A stretch of DNA of 64,000 bases from Nanobdellota archaeon (GTDB lineage Archaea; Nanobdellota; Nanobdellia; Pacearchaeales; GW2011-AR1): contig DUKY01000013.1 of the NCBI GenBank assembly GCA_013329055.1, positions 1,587-65,586 on the forward strand, written 5' to 3'. Of the stretch, positions 53,586-63,096 are shown piece by piece; the stretch's first letter is position 1; every line of letters starts with the position of its first letter. The notes under the pieces were generated by a model. It did not search any database and was not told the DNA's origin. It saw only the letters and a program-made list of their open reading frames with translations. A program made the position numbers and the translations under genes.

Positions 53586-54584
53586 TTACTTTTTTGCAAA
53601 AGTTTTAGCAACAAGCAATGGAAAAATAATAGTTGCATCCCCATAAACCTTAACCACTTTAGCTTCAGGTTTTAATTTTCCCCATGAAATAGCCTCTTCA
53701 GGTAATGCACCTGCATCACTCCCGTCAAATTCCTGAGCATTGTTAATATAAACAGCATAATCTGCACCATCACGATAAAGATGCGCATTTAAAATAGCAT
53801 GCTTAATTAAACCAGCACCCAAAATTACAACCCCGGATTTATCAACCCCAAAAGTTGATTCATTTAACTGTTTTGTTTCCTCAGCAACATCAACCTTAAA
53901 ATCAGGTCTTTTATATTTGAAAAAATAAACCATATCCCCAAAACTTCCATCTAAAACAGCAGGGCAATAAATCGGAATTTGATTTTTCCAAGCCCAATAA
54001 CAGATACTTTTCTTATTATTTATTTTCTCACCAAACTTCCAAATAATTTCATAAGGAGCATAAACTTTTCCGGTTTTTAATTGATCCTGATAAAGCTCTT
54101 CCAAAATAGGCATGCAAAATTCTTCATATAAAATATAATTATTATTTGGAACTAATAAATTACCAATTCGATTAATCCCTTTTTCACGTAAATCTTTACC
54201 GGATAATCTAAAATCTCCTAAGACAGTTTCTCCTAAGCATTTTATAATATCTTCCTCAAAACCTCCGCCACTTGTAACACAAACATCTACCTTTTTATTT
54301 TGCACTAAATATCGAATAATTTCCCTCATTCCTGAACTAACCATATTAGAAGTATAACCCAAAAAGATTTTAGAATTAACTTGAATCATTTCATTAACAA
54401 TATCAATTGCCTTGCTTAAATGTGAAGCTTGAAAACCCATAGTTGAAAAACTATCTATAATCTTTTCATAATTAACACCATTATTAAAATCATAACCTTC
54501 AATAACCTTCCCTTCAACATTTTCACTTTCTTTCAAAATGCTTTTTTTAGCAATTTCTTCATTATTAATTTTTGATTTTTTCAT
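53586..54584 (-). CDS. dys: deoxyhypusine synthase
   Basis: 332 aa with ..LGYTSNMVSSGMREIIRYLVQNKKVDVCVTSGGGFEEDIIK.. and ..GDATIIFPLL... Confidence 0.85.
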   Translation of the reverse strand: MKKSKINNEEIAKKSILKESENVEGKVIEGYDFNNGVNYEKIIDSFSTMGFQASHLSKAIDIVNEMIQVNSKIFLGYTSNMVSSGMREIIRYLVQNKKVDVCVTSGGGFEEDIIKCLGETVLGDFRLSGKDLREKGINRIGNLLVPNNNYILYEEFCMPILEELYQDQLKTGKVYAPYEIIWKFGEKINNKKSICYWAWKNQIPIYCPAVLDGSFGDMVYFFKYKRPDFKVDVAEETKQLNESTFGVDKSGVVILGAGLIKHAILNAHLYRDGADYAVYINNAQEFDGSDAGALPEEAISWGKLKPEAKVVKVYGDATIIFPLLVAKTFAKK

Positions 54585-54730
54585 AAATTCAAAGATTAAC
54601 GATAATATTTAAGTGTTTTGTAAAAACCAAAAAGCGTATGAATAATAGAAATTTAACATCTAAAAATACAATTATAGTTATATTCTACAATAAAAATCCT
54701 TTTAAATCCAGAAATATTTTTTCTCGTACA

Positions 54731-54916
54731 ATGAATAAATGGTTAGAAATTATTGTTGGATTAATTTGCTTAACAGCAGTAACATACATTGGGGGGATGA
54801 ATCTTCTGGGTATGGGAACTGCAGCAATTGAATTACTAAAGGGTGGAATCATGTGGATTTTAATATTTGCAGGCCTTCTTTTTATAATTCTAGGAATAAG
54901 CGATTTAAAAGAATAA
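54731..54916 (+). CDS. small membrane protein
   Basis: MNKWLEIIVGLICL.., with two TM helices. The longer ORF from 54638 starts inside a J motif and was trimmed. Confidence 0.4.
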   Translation: MNKWLEIIVGLICLTAVTYIGGMNLLGMGTAAIELLKGGIMWILIFAGLLFIILGISDLKE

Positions 54917-55173
54917 AGAAATTCTTATTTTAATTTATCTCTATTACTTTGAAGTTTGTTTAAAATCAAACAAGATGAACTTGAAAGGAAAAAACAATGT
55001 AGTTGGGAGTTAAAAGATTATATTTTTAGGGGATTAAATTTGAACACCACTGAAGATTATCAATAATATTTTATGCTCTCATAAATAAACTTCTTTTATA
55101 TGTGAATACCAAACCGGATACTACTTTATAGTTACGTACTTCTAGTAAGATTTAAATACTGGTAGTTTTACAT

Positions 55174-55914
55174 TTGTTTATGACAATTCCTACAGATATA
55201 CAATTAGGACTTTTAGAAAGAAAAGTAGGCCCCATTGTAACGCAAAGGGTTGGAGATAACTGTAATAAGAGATATAAAGAACTACATGTAATTGGAAAAC
55301 ATAAACAAATTTCATGTTTTGGATGGCCACAAATAGAAAGAAATCCTAAAAGTGGCAGAAAAGAACATCAATATCTTCATTTATTAATTGACCCAAATAA
55401 TGGAGAAATTATAGAAGAGAATTTTGGGATAGAAGAAGAAGGAAGTAATATGCCTTTATTGTATGGAGTTCCACTTTATGCTTTAAGCATTATAGGAATC
55501 CTTTTTTTGCCTTCTTACATTTATGACCAACTTAGTCCTTCAAGATGTATTGCAAGAAAGAAAAGGAATGCATTATATAATTTACGTGAACTACTTGGGA
55601 CAGAGAACCATAATGAAATTAAAGAATTAGCAAAATCTGTAGAAGTTTATTCTGATTCAGCGAGGGAATTATCTAATAGATTATGTAAACCTATAAAAAT
55701 TATTGAAACTGGAACTACTGAACATTTTTTAAAAGCGGATAATTTAGACTTTTTAAAAGTAAGAACTATTTTTTTAGGAGGGAATGCAATTACTAAATAT
55801 TCTGACACTCCTGAAAGAGATCATTACAAATATTGGGAATATGATCTAGGAGATTGGAAAAAATCTTCATATATCACTCACATGCATATGGGAATTCCCC
55901 TAAAAATTGACTGA
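55174..55914 (+). CDS. hypothetical protein (one TM segment)
   Basis: 246-aa ORF with no motif. It lies between two copies of a 32-nt direct repeat. Confidence 0.4.
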   Translation: MFMTIPTDIQLGLLERKVGPIVTQRVGDNCNKRYKELHVIGKHKQISCFGWPQIERNPKSGRKEHQYLHLLIDPNNGEIIEENFGIEEEGSNMPLLYGVPLYALSIIGILFLPSYIYDQLSPSRCIARKKRNALYNLRELLGTENHNEIKELAKSVEVYSDSARELSNRLCKPIKIIETGTTEHFLKADNLDFLKVRTIFLGGNAITKYSDTPERDHYKYWEYDLGDWKKSSYITHMHMGIPLKID

Positions 55915-55992
55915 AAGTTTTAATTTTTCTCTTTACTTTGAAGTTTGTTTTATCAATAAAACTATTTAAGTAAAAACAATCTTTAATTTAAC

Positions 55993-56484
55993 ATGGTATC
56001 TGAATCTAAAGGAAAAAGATTTGTAAAATCACAAAAAAGCTTACATTTATACCCAAAAGTTCAAAAAGCATTTATTGAAGTTATAAAAAAATTTTCAGAC
56101 GAAGAATTTAATATTGCAACAAAAAATCTTATACTAATGGTTCTACATGAAGGTGCCCTAGGACAAGTAATGCATTTTTCTCCCAAAGATAAAAAATTTC
56201 AAATTATGCAATTAACAATTCCAAAATCAATATCTATTAAAAAATTAAAATATGTAATTGCTCATGAATTTGGACATGTGATGCAAAATAGAAATTGGAA
56301 AAAAAGCGATAATCTCAAACTAGAAGTTAATGCTGATTCTTGGGCAAAAAAATGGGGATTCCCAAACCTCTATTTTCCCTATCTTTATCCAAAAAGTGCA
56401 ATCAAACTTCCCTCAATAATCGCAGCAATAACAAGCAATGGAAAAACAATAAAGAAAAAAACCCTTAACGAATTTACAAAATAA
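55993..56484 (+). CDS. putative HExxH zinc metallopeptidase
   Basis: VIAHEFGHVMQN motif. The last 100 nt overlap the convergent gene, so the true C-terminus is uncertain. Confidence 0.4.
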   Translation: MVSESKGKRFVKSQKSLHLYPKVQKAFIEVIKKFSDEEFNIATKNLILMVLHEGALGQVMHFSPKDKKFQIMQLTIPKSISIKKLKYVIAHEFGHVMQNRNWKKSDNLKLEVNADSWAKKWGFPNLYFPYLYPKSAIKLPSIIAAITSNGKTIKKKTLNEFTK

Positions 56485-56975
56485 TCTTTCAATGAATCAA
56501 ATTTCTTTTTTTGAAATATAAACGAACCAAATTTAAGACCTAAACCCAACGAAATAAAAACAGCAGGAAGTTCAAAAATTCCATGAGGAAATAATCTCCA
56601 TAATACAAAAATCCCCTCAACACTAACAACTTTTATGGATACAAACCCGAGAATATAACCATTAACAATAGTAGTAATTATTGGAAAAATCCCAAAAAAA
56701 ACACCCAAAACTAAACCAAAAAAACTACTTTGTAAATTATTCAAAAAAATATATTGAATTAGTTCCCATTGATTCATCCCAGCAGTTTTTTCCATTAATT
56801 CCTGTATAAATTTTAACAATTGCTCAGAAATTGAATCAGGAGTCGGAATGAAAAAACCTATGAATGCAAAAAAGAAAAATATTCCAATTACAATATAAAT
56901 AAAATTTTTAGATTCCTTAATATAATTTAAACTTTTATTAAACTCTTTTTTTAAATTAAATTTTTTTGATTTCAT
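56385..56975 (-). CDS. SpoIIM-like (DUF95) membrane protein
   Basis: 196 aa with ..FPHGIFELPAVFISLGLG.. typical of the stage II sporulation protein M family. Confidence 0.55.
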   Translation of the reverse strand: MKSKKFNLKKEFNKSLNYIKESKNFIYIVIGIFFFFAFIGFFIPTPDSISEQLLKFIQELMEKTAGMNQWELIQYIFLNNLQSSFFGLVLGVFFGIFPIITTIVNGYILGFVSIKVVSVEGIFVLWRLFPHGIFELPAVFISLGLGLKFGSFIFQKKKFDSLKDYFVNSLRVFFFIVFPLLVIAAIIEGSLIALFG

Positions 56976-56986
56976 CTTTAATATAC

Positions 56987-57811
56987 TTAACTAAAAAGCT
57001 TACTTATTCTTTTCGTTTTATTCGGAAATTTTTTTCTTAGGTAAAAACCATAAATTAAACCAACAACAAGCCCGCCAAAATGAGCACTATTGCCAATAGG
57101 CAAAGGAACAAATAAAGATATGATTGATAATGGAATAATTGCAACAAAAGGTAACATCCACATAGACAATTGTAATGGAAGAGATAATTTTCTAAGAATT
57201 GGACTTACAGGGAAAAGTAAAGAAAAAATCATAGCGATAAATAAAATATTAACTATAAAACTAAACAAAGGCAAGATACTACCCGGCAAAAAATCTGTAA
57301 GTACAACTTCAGCAACAATTAATAATAAAGGTCCAACAATAAGATAAATTTTAGAATGAGGAACCAATAATGCTAAAACTCCCAAAAGACCAAAAATTGC
57401 ACCACTAGCACCAACAGCAAAAACATCAGGATTCCCGAATAATACACTAAAAAATATAAAAAACAAACCCCCAACTAAACCTGAAATAAGATAAACCCAT
57501 AAAAATCTTTTCCTGCCAATTAATTTTTCAAGAAAATTTCCAATAAAAAATAAAGAAAACATATTTGCAAAAAGATGAAAAAAACTTCCATGTACAAATA
57601 TGCTGGTAAAAATAGTCCAAATCTTTTCACCATTTAAAATATAAGCAGGGTTTAAAGCTAAATTCGTAGAAAAGAAAGTTTCGCCATAAACACCTAAAAT
57701 AATTAAAGAAACTATATAGAAAAAAACATTCAAAATAATTAATTGTAAAGTTAAATTAAGTTTAAAAAAGATATTATTCCCCCGTGGATTAATTTGATAA
57801 GATCCTTCCAT
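56987..57811 (-). CDS. rhomboid-family intramembrane serine protease
   Basis: HGSFFHLFANMFSLFFIG, GASGAIFGLLG (catalytic Ser) and a later AHFGG (His). Confidence 0.85.
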   Translation of the reverse strand: MEGSYQINPRGNNIFFKLNLTLQLIILNVFFYIVSLIILGVYGETFFSTNLALNPAYILNGEKIWTIFTSIFVHGSFFHLFANMFSLFFIGNFLEKLIGRKRFLWVYLISGLVGGLFFIFFSVLFGNPDVFAVGASGAIFGLLGVLALLVPHSKIYLIVGPLLLIVAEVVLTDFLPGSILPLFSFIVNILFIAMIFSLLFPVSPILRKLSLPLQLSMWMLPFVAIIPLSIISLFVPLPIGNSAHFGGLVVGLIYGFYLRKKFPNKTKRISKLFS

Positions 57812-57818
57812 TTTTTAA

Positions 57819-58553
57819 CTATTTTTTAGTTGAAGATTTAGTTTTTTTAGGAACAGATTTCTTTTTTTCAGCTTTTTCTTTAGGAACTTTTACAATAGCT
57901 TTTTCAGCAGCTTTTTTCTTTGCATTTTCTTCTCTTGCAAGTTTTCTTTTTTGAGCAGCATCTTCCTTTTTCTTTAATGTTTCTTTTTCTTGTTTTTTTA
58001 TTTCTTTTTGTTTAACTTTTTCAAGAATAGCCTTTTCTTTTTGAATTTCAGATTCAACAATTTTCAACTCCTCAACAATTTTTGAATAATTTCGTTTTAA
58101 ATCTTTGATTATTTTTTCATTATCTTTAATTGTAAATATCTCTCCGCATTCATTACAAGTATAACTATTCAATAAAGCTTCTTCTTCATTAGATTCGATG
58201 CTACATCTTTCACAGATATAAAATTTATTCTTTTCACGACTATTAATTTGAGTACCTAATTCATCCCTTAATTTTACTAAATGATCTCTGAAAAATTCTA
58301 AACATTTCAAAATTTCAAATTTCCAAAAATAAGTATACCATCCTTTCTTCTTATCTTTTTTTCGAATAGATGAAACTAAACCAAATTCAGAAACTCGGTA
58401 AAGAATATTTCTTGTTTGATTAATAGTAATATCTAATTTTTTAGCAATATTAAATTCATTAACATATTTTGGGCTATTTAACAAATCAGCAATACTTTCA
58501 ACATTTTTACCCACGACAATACCGACAATTTCCCTTAATAATTTATTTAACAT
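57819..58553 (-). CDS. tfe: transcription factor E (TFIIE-alpha homolog) with a Lys-rich tail
   Basis: N-terminal winged helix (..ITINQTRNILYRV.., KKKGWYTYFWKF), zinc ribbon CERC..CNECG, then a KE-rich extension. Confidence 0.75.
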   Translation of the reverse strand: MLNKLLREIVGIVVGKNVESIADLLNSPKYVNEFNIAKKLDITINQTRNILYRVSEFGLVSSIRKKDKKKGWYTYFWKFEILKCLEFFRDHLVKLRDELGTQINSREKNKFYICERCSIESNEEEALLNSYTCNECGEIFTIKDNEKIIKDLKRNYSKIVEELKIVESEIQKEKAILEKVKQKEIKKQEKETLKKKEDAAQKRKLAREENAKKKAAEKAIVKVPKEKAEKKKSVPKKTKSSTKK

Positions 58554-58746
58554 TTATTTTTAAAATAGAACGTGAATAAATACCTTTCGGTTTCATTTTT
58601 TTTAGAATTTTATATGCTCAATTTTACAATTCTAAAAAATTAAGAAAATTTATCTGATTAACTTTAGAAGGATTTTTAAACCTTAACTCTCTTTTATATA
58701 TGTTAAAAGCTCTATATTAAAAGAAATATTTAGAGGATAAAATAAA

Positions 58747-59385
58747 ATGAGTTGGTTTGATAAAAAAGAGGAAAATCAGAATCCAGAAATCCCAATGTTG
58801 CCGGAATTCCCAAAATTACCAGAACTTCCAAGATTATCTGAAATTCAAGAAGAAGGAGAAGAGGAAGAAATAGAAGATTCACCAAAACAAATACACCAAT
58901 TACCAAGTTTCCCGCATAATTCTTTAGGCGACAAATTTTCACAAAATACAATAAAAGAAGCAATTCGTGGAAAACCAGAAGAAACCAGTGAAAGTTATGA
59001 TGAGATAATCCCAAGATTACCTGTTCAAAAAATGGAAAAATCAATAATCCCGAAAACAAAAGAAGAAGATTATGAACAAGTTGCTCAAACATTACCCACT
59101 CAAAAAACAACAAAAATACAGGAAATACCTTCTGAGTTTAAAGAAGCATCAATGAAAGTTAAAAGAACAGAACCGGTTTTCATTCGATTAGATAAATTTG
59201 AAGAAAGTTTAGGAATTTTTGAAAGAATAAAAGAGAAAATAATGGATATTGAAAAAATGCTTAAAGAAACACAGGATATTAAAGATAAAGAAGAAAAAGA
59301 ATTAAAGTCATGGGAAGAAGAACTTAAATCAATAAAAAATCAGATTGAAAAAGTTAATCAGGATATTTTTTCTAAGATAGAATGA
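58747..59385 (+). CDS. hypothetical acidic coiled-coil protein
   Basis: 212 aa with a Pro/Glu-rich N-terminal half and a coiled-coil C-terminus (..PVFIRLDKFEESL..). Confidence 0.4.
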   Translation: MSWFDKKEENQNPEIPMLPEFPKLPELPRLSEIQEEGEEEEIEDSPKQIHQLPSFPHNSLGDKFSQNTIKEAIRGKPEETSESYDEIIPRLPVQKMEKSIIPKTKEEDYEQVAQTLPTQKTTKIQEIPSEFKEASMKVKRTEPVFIRLDKFEESLGIFERIKEKIMDIEKMLKETQDIKDKEEKELKSWEEELKSIKNQIEKVNQDIFSKIE

Positions 59386-59780
59386 ACAAAAAAATAAAAG
59401 ACGCAAAAGTTCAGGAAGAAGACAATTTAATCCATATTAAATTTGAACCAGATGAAGCAATTATAGCTAAAAGAGACTTTTTAATTACAGAAATGAATCT
59501 GTTAAAAATTGCAAAAATAATACAAAGATATAAGCAATTAAGAATTCAGGAATTAAAAACCAAAATAAAATTGCAAAAAAATTTTACAGATATACATCAG
59601 GATATTAATAGATTAAAAAGAATTTTGCCAAAGATAGAGATCCCAAAAATCCTGCAAAAAGAAGAACCGCAACCACCAAAAGAAATAGTTGAAACAAAAG
59701 AAATAGTAAAAAAGAAATATAGTGATGATATAGAAAGACAATTAGAAGAGATTCAAAAAAAATTGTTAACATTACAGTAA
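59382..59780 (+). CDS. hypothetical coiled-coil protein
   Basis: 132 aa with a 4-nt overlap with the previous ORF. Confidence 0.4.
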   Translation: MNKKIKDAKVQEEDNLIHIKFEPDEAIIAKRDFLITEMNLLKIAKIIQRYKQLRIQELKTKIKLQKNFTDIHQDINRLKRILPKIEIPKILQKEEPQPPKEIVETKEIVKKKYSDDIERQLEEIQKKLLTLQ

Positions 59781-59828
59781 TTATTTCTAAACACAAAAAT
59801 TTTTAAGTAATATTTCTTATAATTTAAC

Positions 59829-61646
59829 ATGATAACCCGAAAAGAATTAATTAAGAAATATATAGATTTTTTCATAGAAAAAGGACATAAAGCAATCCCT
59901 TCGGCACCATTAGTTCCTGAAAATGACCCAACAGTTTTATTTACCACCGCAGGAATGCACCCTTTAGTTCCATATTTACTTGGAGAAAAACATCCGTTAG
60001 GAAAAAGAATTGTAGATGCCCAAAAATGCATAAGAACACCGGATATAGAAGATGTCGGAGATAATAGGCATCTAACTTTTTTTGAAATGCTCGGAAATTG
60101 GTCACTTGGCGATTATTTTAAATCTGAATCAATTGAATGGAGTTTTGAATTTTTAACCGAAAAAAAATGGCTTGGACTTGACCCAAAAAGAATTTATGTA
60201 ACAGTTTTTATGGGTGATAAAAATTCACCATTAGATGAAGAATCAATAAACAGCTGGAAAAAACAATTCAAAAAAGCAGGCATAAATGCAAAAATTTGTG
60301 ATTATAATAAAAAAATCAGCAAAGATACAAATTTACGAATCTTTCCGCTTCCGGCAAAAGATAATTGGTGGGGACCCGCAGGAAAAACAGGACCATGCGG
60401 ACCATGCACAGAAATTTTTTATGATGTTTCTCCGAATAAAGGAGGATTGCAAGGAACATTTGACGAAGAAATAAATAAATTCAGAATAATTGAAATCTGG
60501 AATAATGTATTCATGGAATTTAACAAAAATAAAGAAGAGAATTTTGAAAAAATGAAACGACAAAACGTCGATACAGGAATGGGTGTCGAAAGGACAATAG
60601 CAATACTAAATAATAAAGAAAATGTATTTGAAACAGACTCCTTTGAAAAAATAATAAAAAAAGTTGAAAAACTTTCAAACAAAAAATATGAAAATTATCA
60701 AAAAGAAATGAGAATTATTGCAGACCACATCAAAGCATCGGTATTTATTATTGCTGACGGGGTAACACCATCAAATACAGAAAGAGGATATGTATTAAGA
60801 AGATTAATACGTCGGGCAATCATCTACGGAAAAAGGTTAGATCTGCAAGATTTTACAGTAAAAATTGCAAAAACAGTTTTTGAAATTTACGATGATTATG
60901 AAGAACTGGAAAAAAATAAAGAAGAGATATTTAAAAAAATACAAGATGAAGAAGATAAATTTAATTTAACGCTTGAAAAAGGATTAAAACAATTTAATAA
61001 AATGACAGAAGGAAAAAAAGAATTATCCGGAAAAGATACATTCTTATTATTCCAAAGCTATGGATTTCCTCTGGAGATGACAATAGAAATGGCAAAAGAA
61101 AAAAATATTAAAATAAATGAAGAAGACTTTAAAAAAGAATTTTCAACACATCAAAAACTTTCACAAACAGCATCAGCAGGAACATTCAAATCAGGATTAG
61201 CAGATAATTCAAAAGCAACAACAGCACTTCATACAGCAGCACATTTACTTTTATCAGCAATAAGGATGGAATTAAAAGATGATTCAATAATTCAAAGAGG
61301 TTCAAACATTACCCCTGAAAGATTAAGATTAGATTTTAATTTTAACAGAAAATTAACTGAAGAAGAAATCCAAAAAATTGAAGACAGAGTTAATGCAGCA
61401 ATACAAAAATCCTGTGAAGTAATTAGAGAAGAAATGTCCCCGGAGGAAGCAAGAAAACAAGGAGCATTAGGCTCTTTTGGACATAAATATGGTTCATGCG
61501 TATCAGTTTATACAGTAAGCGGTTTTTCAAAAGAAATTTGCACAGGCCCGCATGTAAAAAATACCTGTGAACTGGGAAAATTCAAAATCTTAAAAGAAGA
61601 ATCTTCAAGTGCAGGAATAAGAAGGATTAAAGCTATTTTAAAATGA
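59829..61646 (+). CDS. alaS: alanine--tRNA ligase, short form
   Basis: 605 aa with TTAGM, FFEMLGNWSLGDYFK, the editing-site HTAAHLL and CTGPH. There is no C-Ala domain. Confidence 0.85.
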   Translation: MITRKELIKKYIDFFIEKGHKAIPSAPLVPENDPTVLFTTAGMHPLVPYLLGEKHPLGKRIVDAQKCIRTPDIEDVGDNRHLTFFEMLGNWSLGDYFKSESIEWSFEFLTEKKWLGLDPKRIYVTVFMGDKNSPLDEESINSWKKQFKKAGINAKICDYNKKISKDTNLRIFPLPAKDNWWGPAGKTGPCGPCTEIFYDVSPNKGGLQGTFDEEINKFRIIEIWNNVFMEFNKNKEENFEKMKRQNVDTGMGVERTIAILNNKENVFETDSFEKIIKKVEKLSNKKYENYQKEMRIIADHIKASVFIIADGVTPSNTERGYVLRRLIRRAIIYGKRLDLQDFTVKIAKTVFEIYDDYEELEKNKEEIFKKIQDEEDKFNLTLEKGLKQFNKMTEGKKELSGKDTFLLFQSYGFPLEMTIEMAKEKNIKINEEDFKKEFSTHQKLSQTASAGTFKSGLADNSKATTALHTAAHLLLSAIRMELKDDSIIQRGSNITPERLRLDFNFNRKLTEEEIQKIEDRVNAAIQKSCEVIREEMSPEEARKQGALGSFGHKYGSCVSVYTVSGFSKEICTGPHVKNTCELGKFKILKEESSSAGIRRIKAILK

Positions 61647-61855
61647 AATATCAAAACATAAAAAATCAAGAAGAAGATAAACAAACATCAGGTTATTCAA
61701 TAGCAAGTGCATTATCAAATATGATGAATATATCACGATTAGAATTATTTGTCAAACCCTCTCTGACTCCCCCTTCTTCAAAAGAACTTCATGGATTTAA
61801 TCTATTTGAAGATGCAATAAAACATAGAGATAATTCCAAAAAAGAAATTCAATAA
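61643..61855 (+). CDS. hypothetical small protein
   Basis: 70-aa ORF with an ATGA overlap with alaS. Confidence 0.3.
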   Translation: MKYQNIKNQEEDKQTSGYSIASALSNMMNISRLELFVKPSLTPPSSKELHGFNLFEDAIKHRDNSKKEIQ

Positions 61856-61930
61856 ACAATTTACTCAATAAAATTTATAAAATTACCAAGGAACATAATA
61901 TTTCAAAAAAATTATATTCAAAAGAGATAT

Positions 61931-62959
61931 TTAAAGATTATAACGTTCTTCAATATGATATTTTTCATTAAGTTTATTTAATTTAAACTCTTCCCAACGA
62001 TTAATTCTCCCATCCTTTAAACTTTCCCGAATTTTAGCAAAATATTTACTATCAGAATATTCATAAAGATTATAACCTAAAGAATTACCTTCAGAAATAA
62101 AAAGAATTTGAGGCTGAGACAAAAGTTTTACGCCCCCAAAAAATTCAAGACCTTCATCAGTAATAATCGACGAACCCCCGGTCTCAATAAAGCAATAACC
62201 GGTATTTTTAACAGAATATTTATCCGGACATTTCACACCAACAGCTTCGTGATTTTCTAAAAGATAATAAAAAATAACTGTTTCATATCCTAATTCCTTC
62301 AGTAAAAATGCAAGTAAAGCAGACTTTTCCCCGCAAATACCTTCCTGATCGTATAAAACTTCATAAGAATACCGAGAATATTCTAAAGTATAAGAGCCAA
62401 AACGAGTTGTCTTATTTGAAAAACCAAATGGAATTTTTTGAACTAAACTAACAGCAATCCTAAATTGGTCATCTTTATCATTAGTAATATTTTGAATTTT
62501 AGTAACCAAAGGCAAAAGTAATTTTCTTTGTTCAGGTTCATTAATATTAAGCATTTTAAATTCTTCTCTTAAAGGACGATCATCACCCTTGTAAAATAAA
62601 TTCCTCGGCAATTCAAATAAATAATCAGCCATTTCATCATAAACTAAAAGATCAATAAAACCATCTTCACCCCTTAAAGTATAATTTAATCTAATCAATT
62701 TTGAGCCGAGTAATGTATCATATTCACAATGATTTTCAACAACAATAAAATCCTCAGGACAACCGCAATAATTAGCTTCAACAACCAAATTTCCTTCATA
62801 ACAATAAAACGGTTTAATATTTGAACAAGATTCATAAGGAGTTCCGTCACCGCAAGTAAATAATTTGACATAAACCTCCTGTTTAATCGAAGGATAAGTA
62901 ACTAACACCAAACTAATTAAAACAGCAAAGACCAAAATTATTGCACCTCTAAATATCAT
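61931..62959 (-). CDS. membrane-anchored transglutaminase-like cysteine protease domain protein
   Basis: N-terminal TM helix, a Cys-rich module, then GICGEKSALLAFLLKELGY..NHEAVGV..CFIETGG (Cys-His-acid spacing). Confidence 0.45.
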   Translation of the reverse strand: MIFRGAIILVFAVLISLVLVTYPSIKQEVYVKLFTCGDGTPYESCSNIKPFYCYEGNLVVEANYCGCPEDFIVVENHCEYDTLLGSKLIRLNYTLRGEDGFIDLLVYDEMADYLFELPRNLFYKGDDRPLREEFKMLNINEPEQRKLLLPLVTKIQNITNDKDDQFRIAVSLVQKIPFGFSNKTTRFGSYTLEYSRYSYEVLYDQEGICGEKSALLAFLLKELGYETVIFYYLLENHEAVGVKCPDKYSVKNTGYCFIETGGSSIITDEGLEFFGGVKLLSQPQILFISEGNSLGYNLYEYSDSKYFAKIRESLKDGRINRWEEFKLNKLNEKYHIEERYNL

Positions 62960-63096
62960 AAAAATAACAAAGTAAAAATATTATAAAAAGCTATCCCTAA
63001 ATGCCATAAAGAATATTTTTTAATTTTCTTTTGTTTAAACACTGCAAAACTTAGAAGAACAACAATATTTATATAACAATAATAAAAGATTCAATT

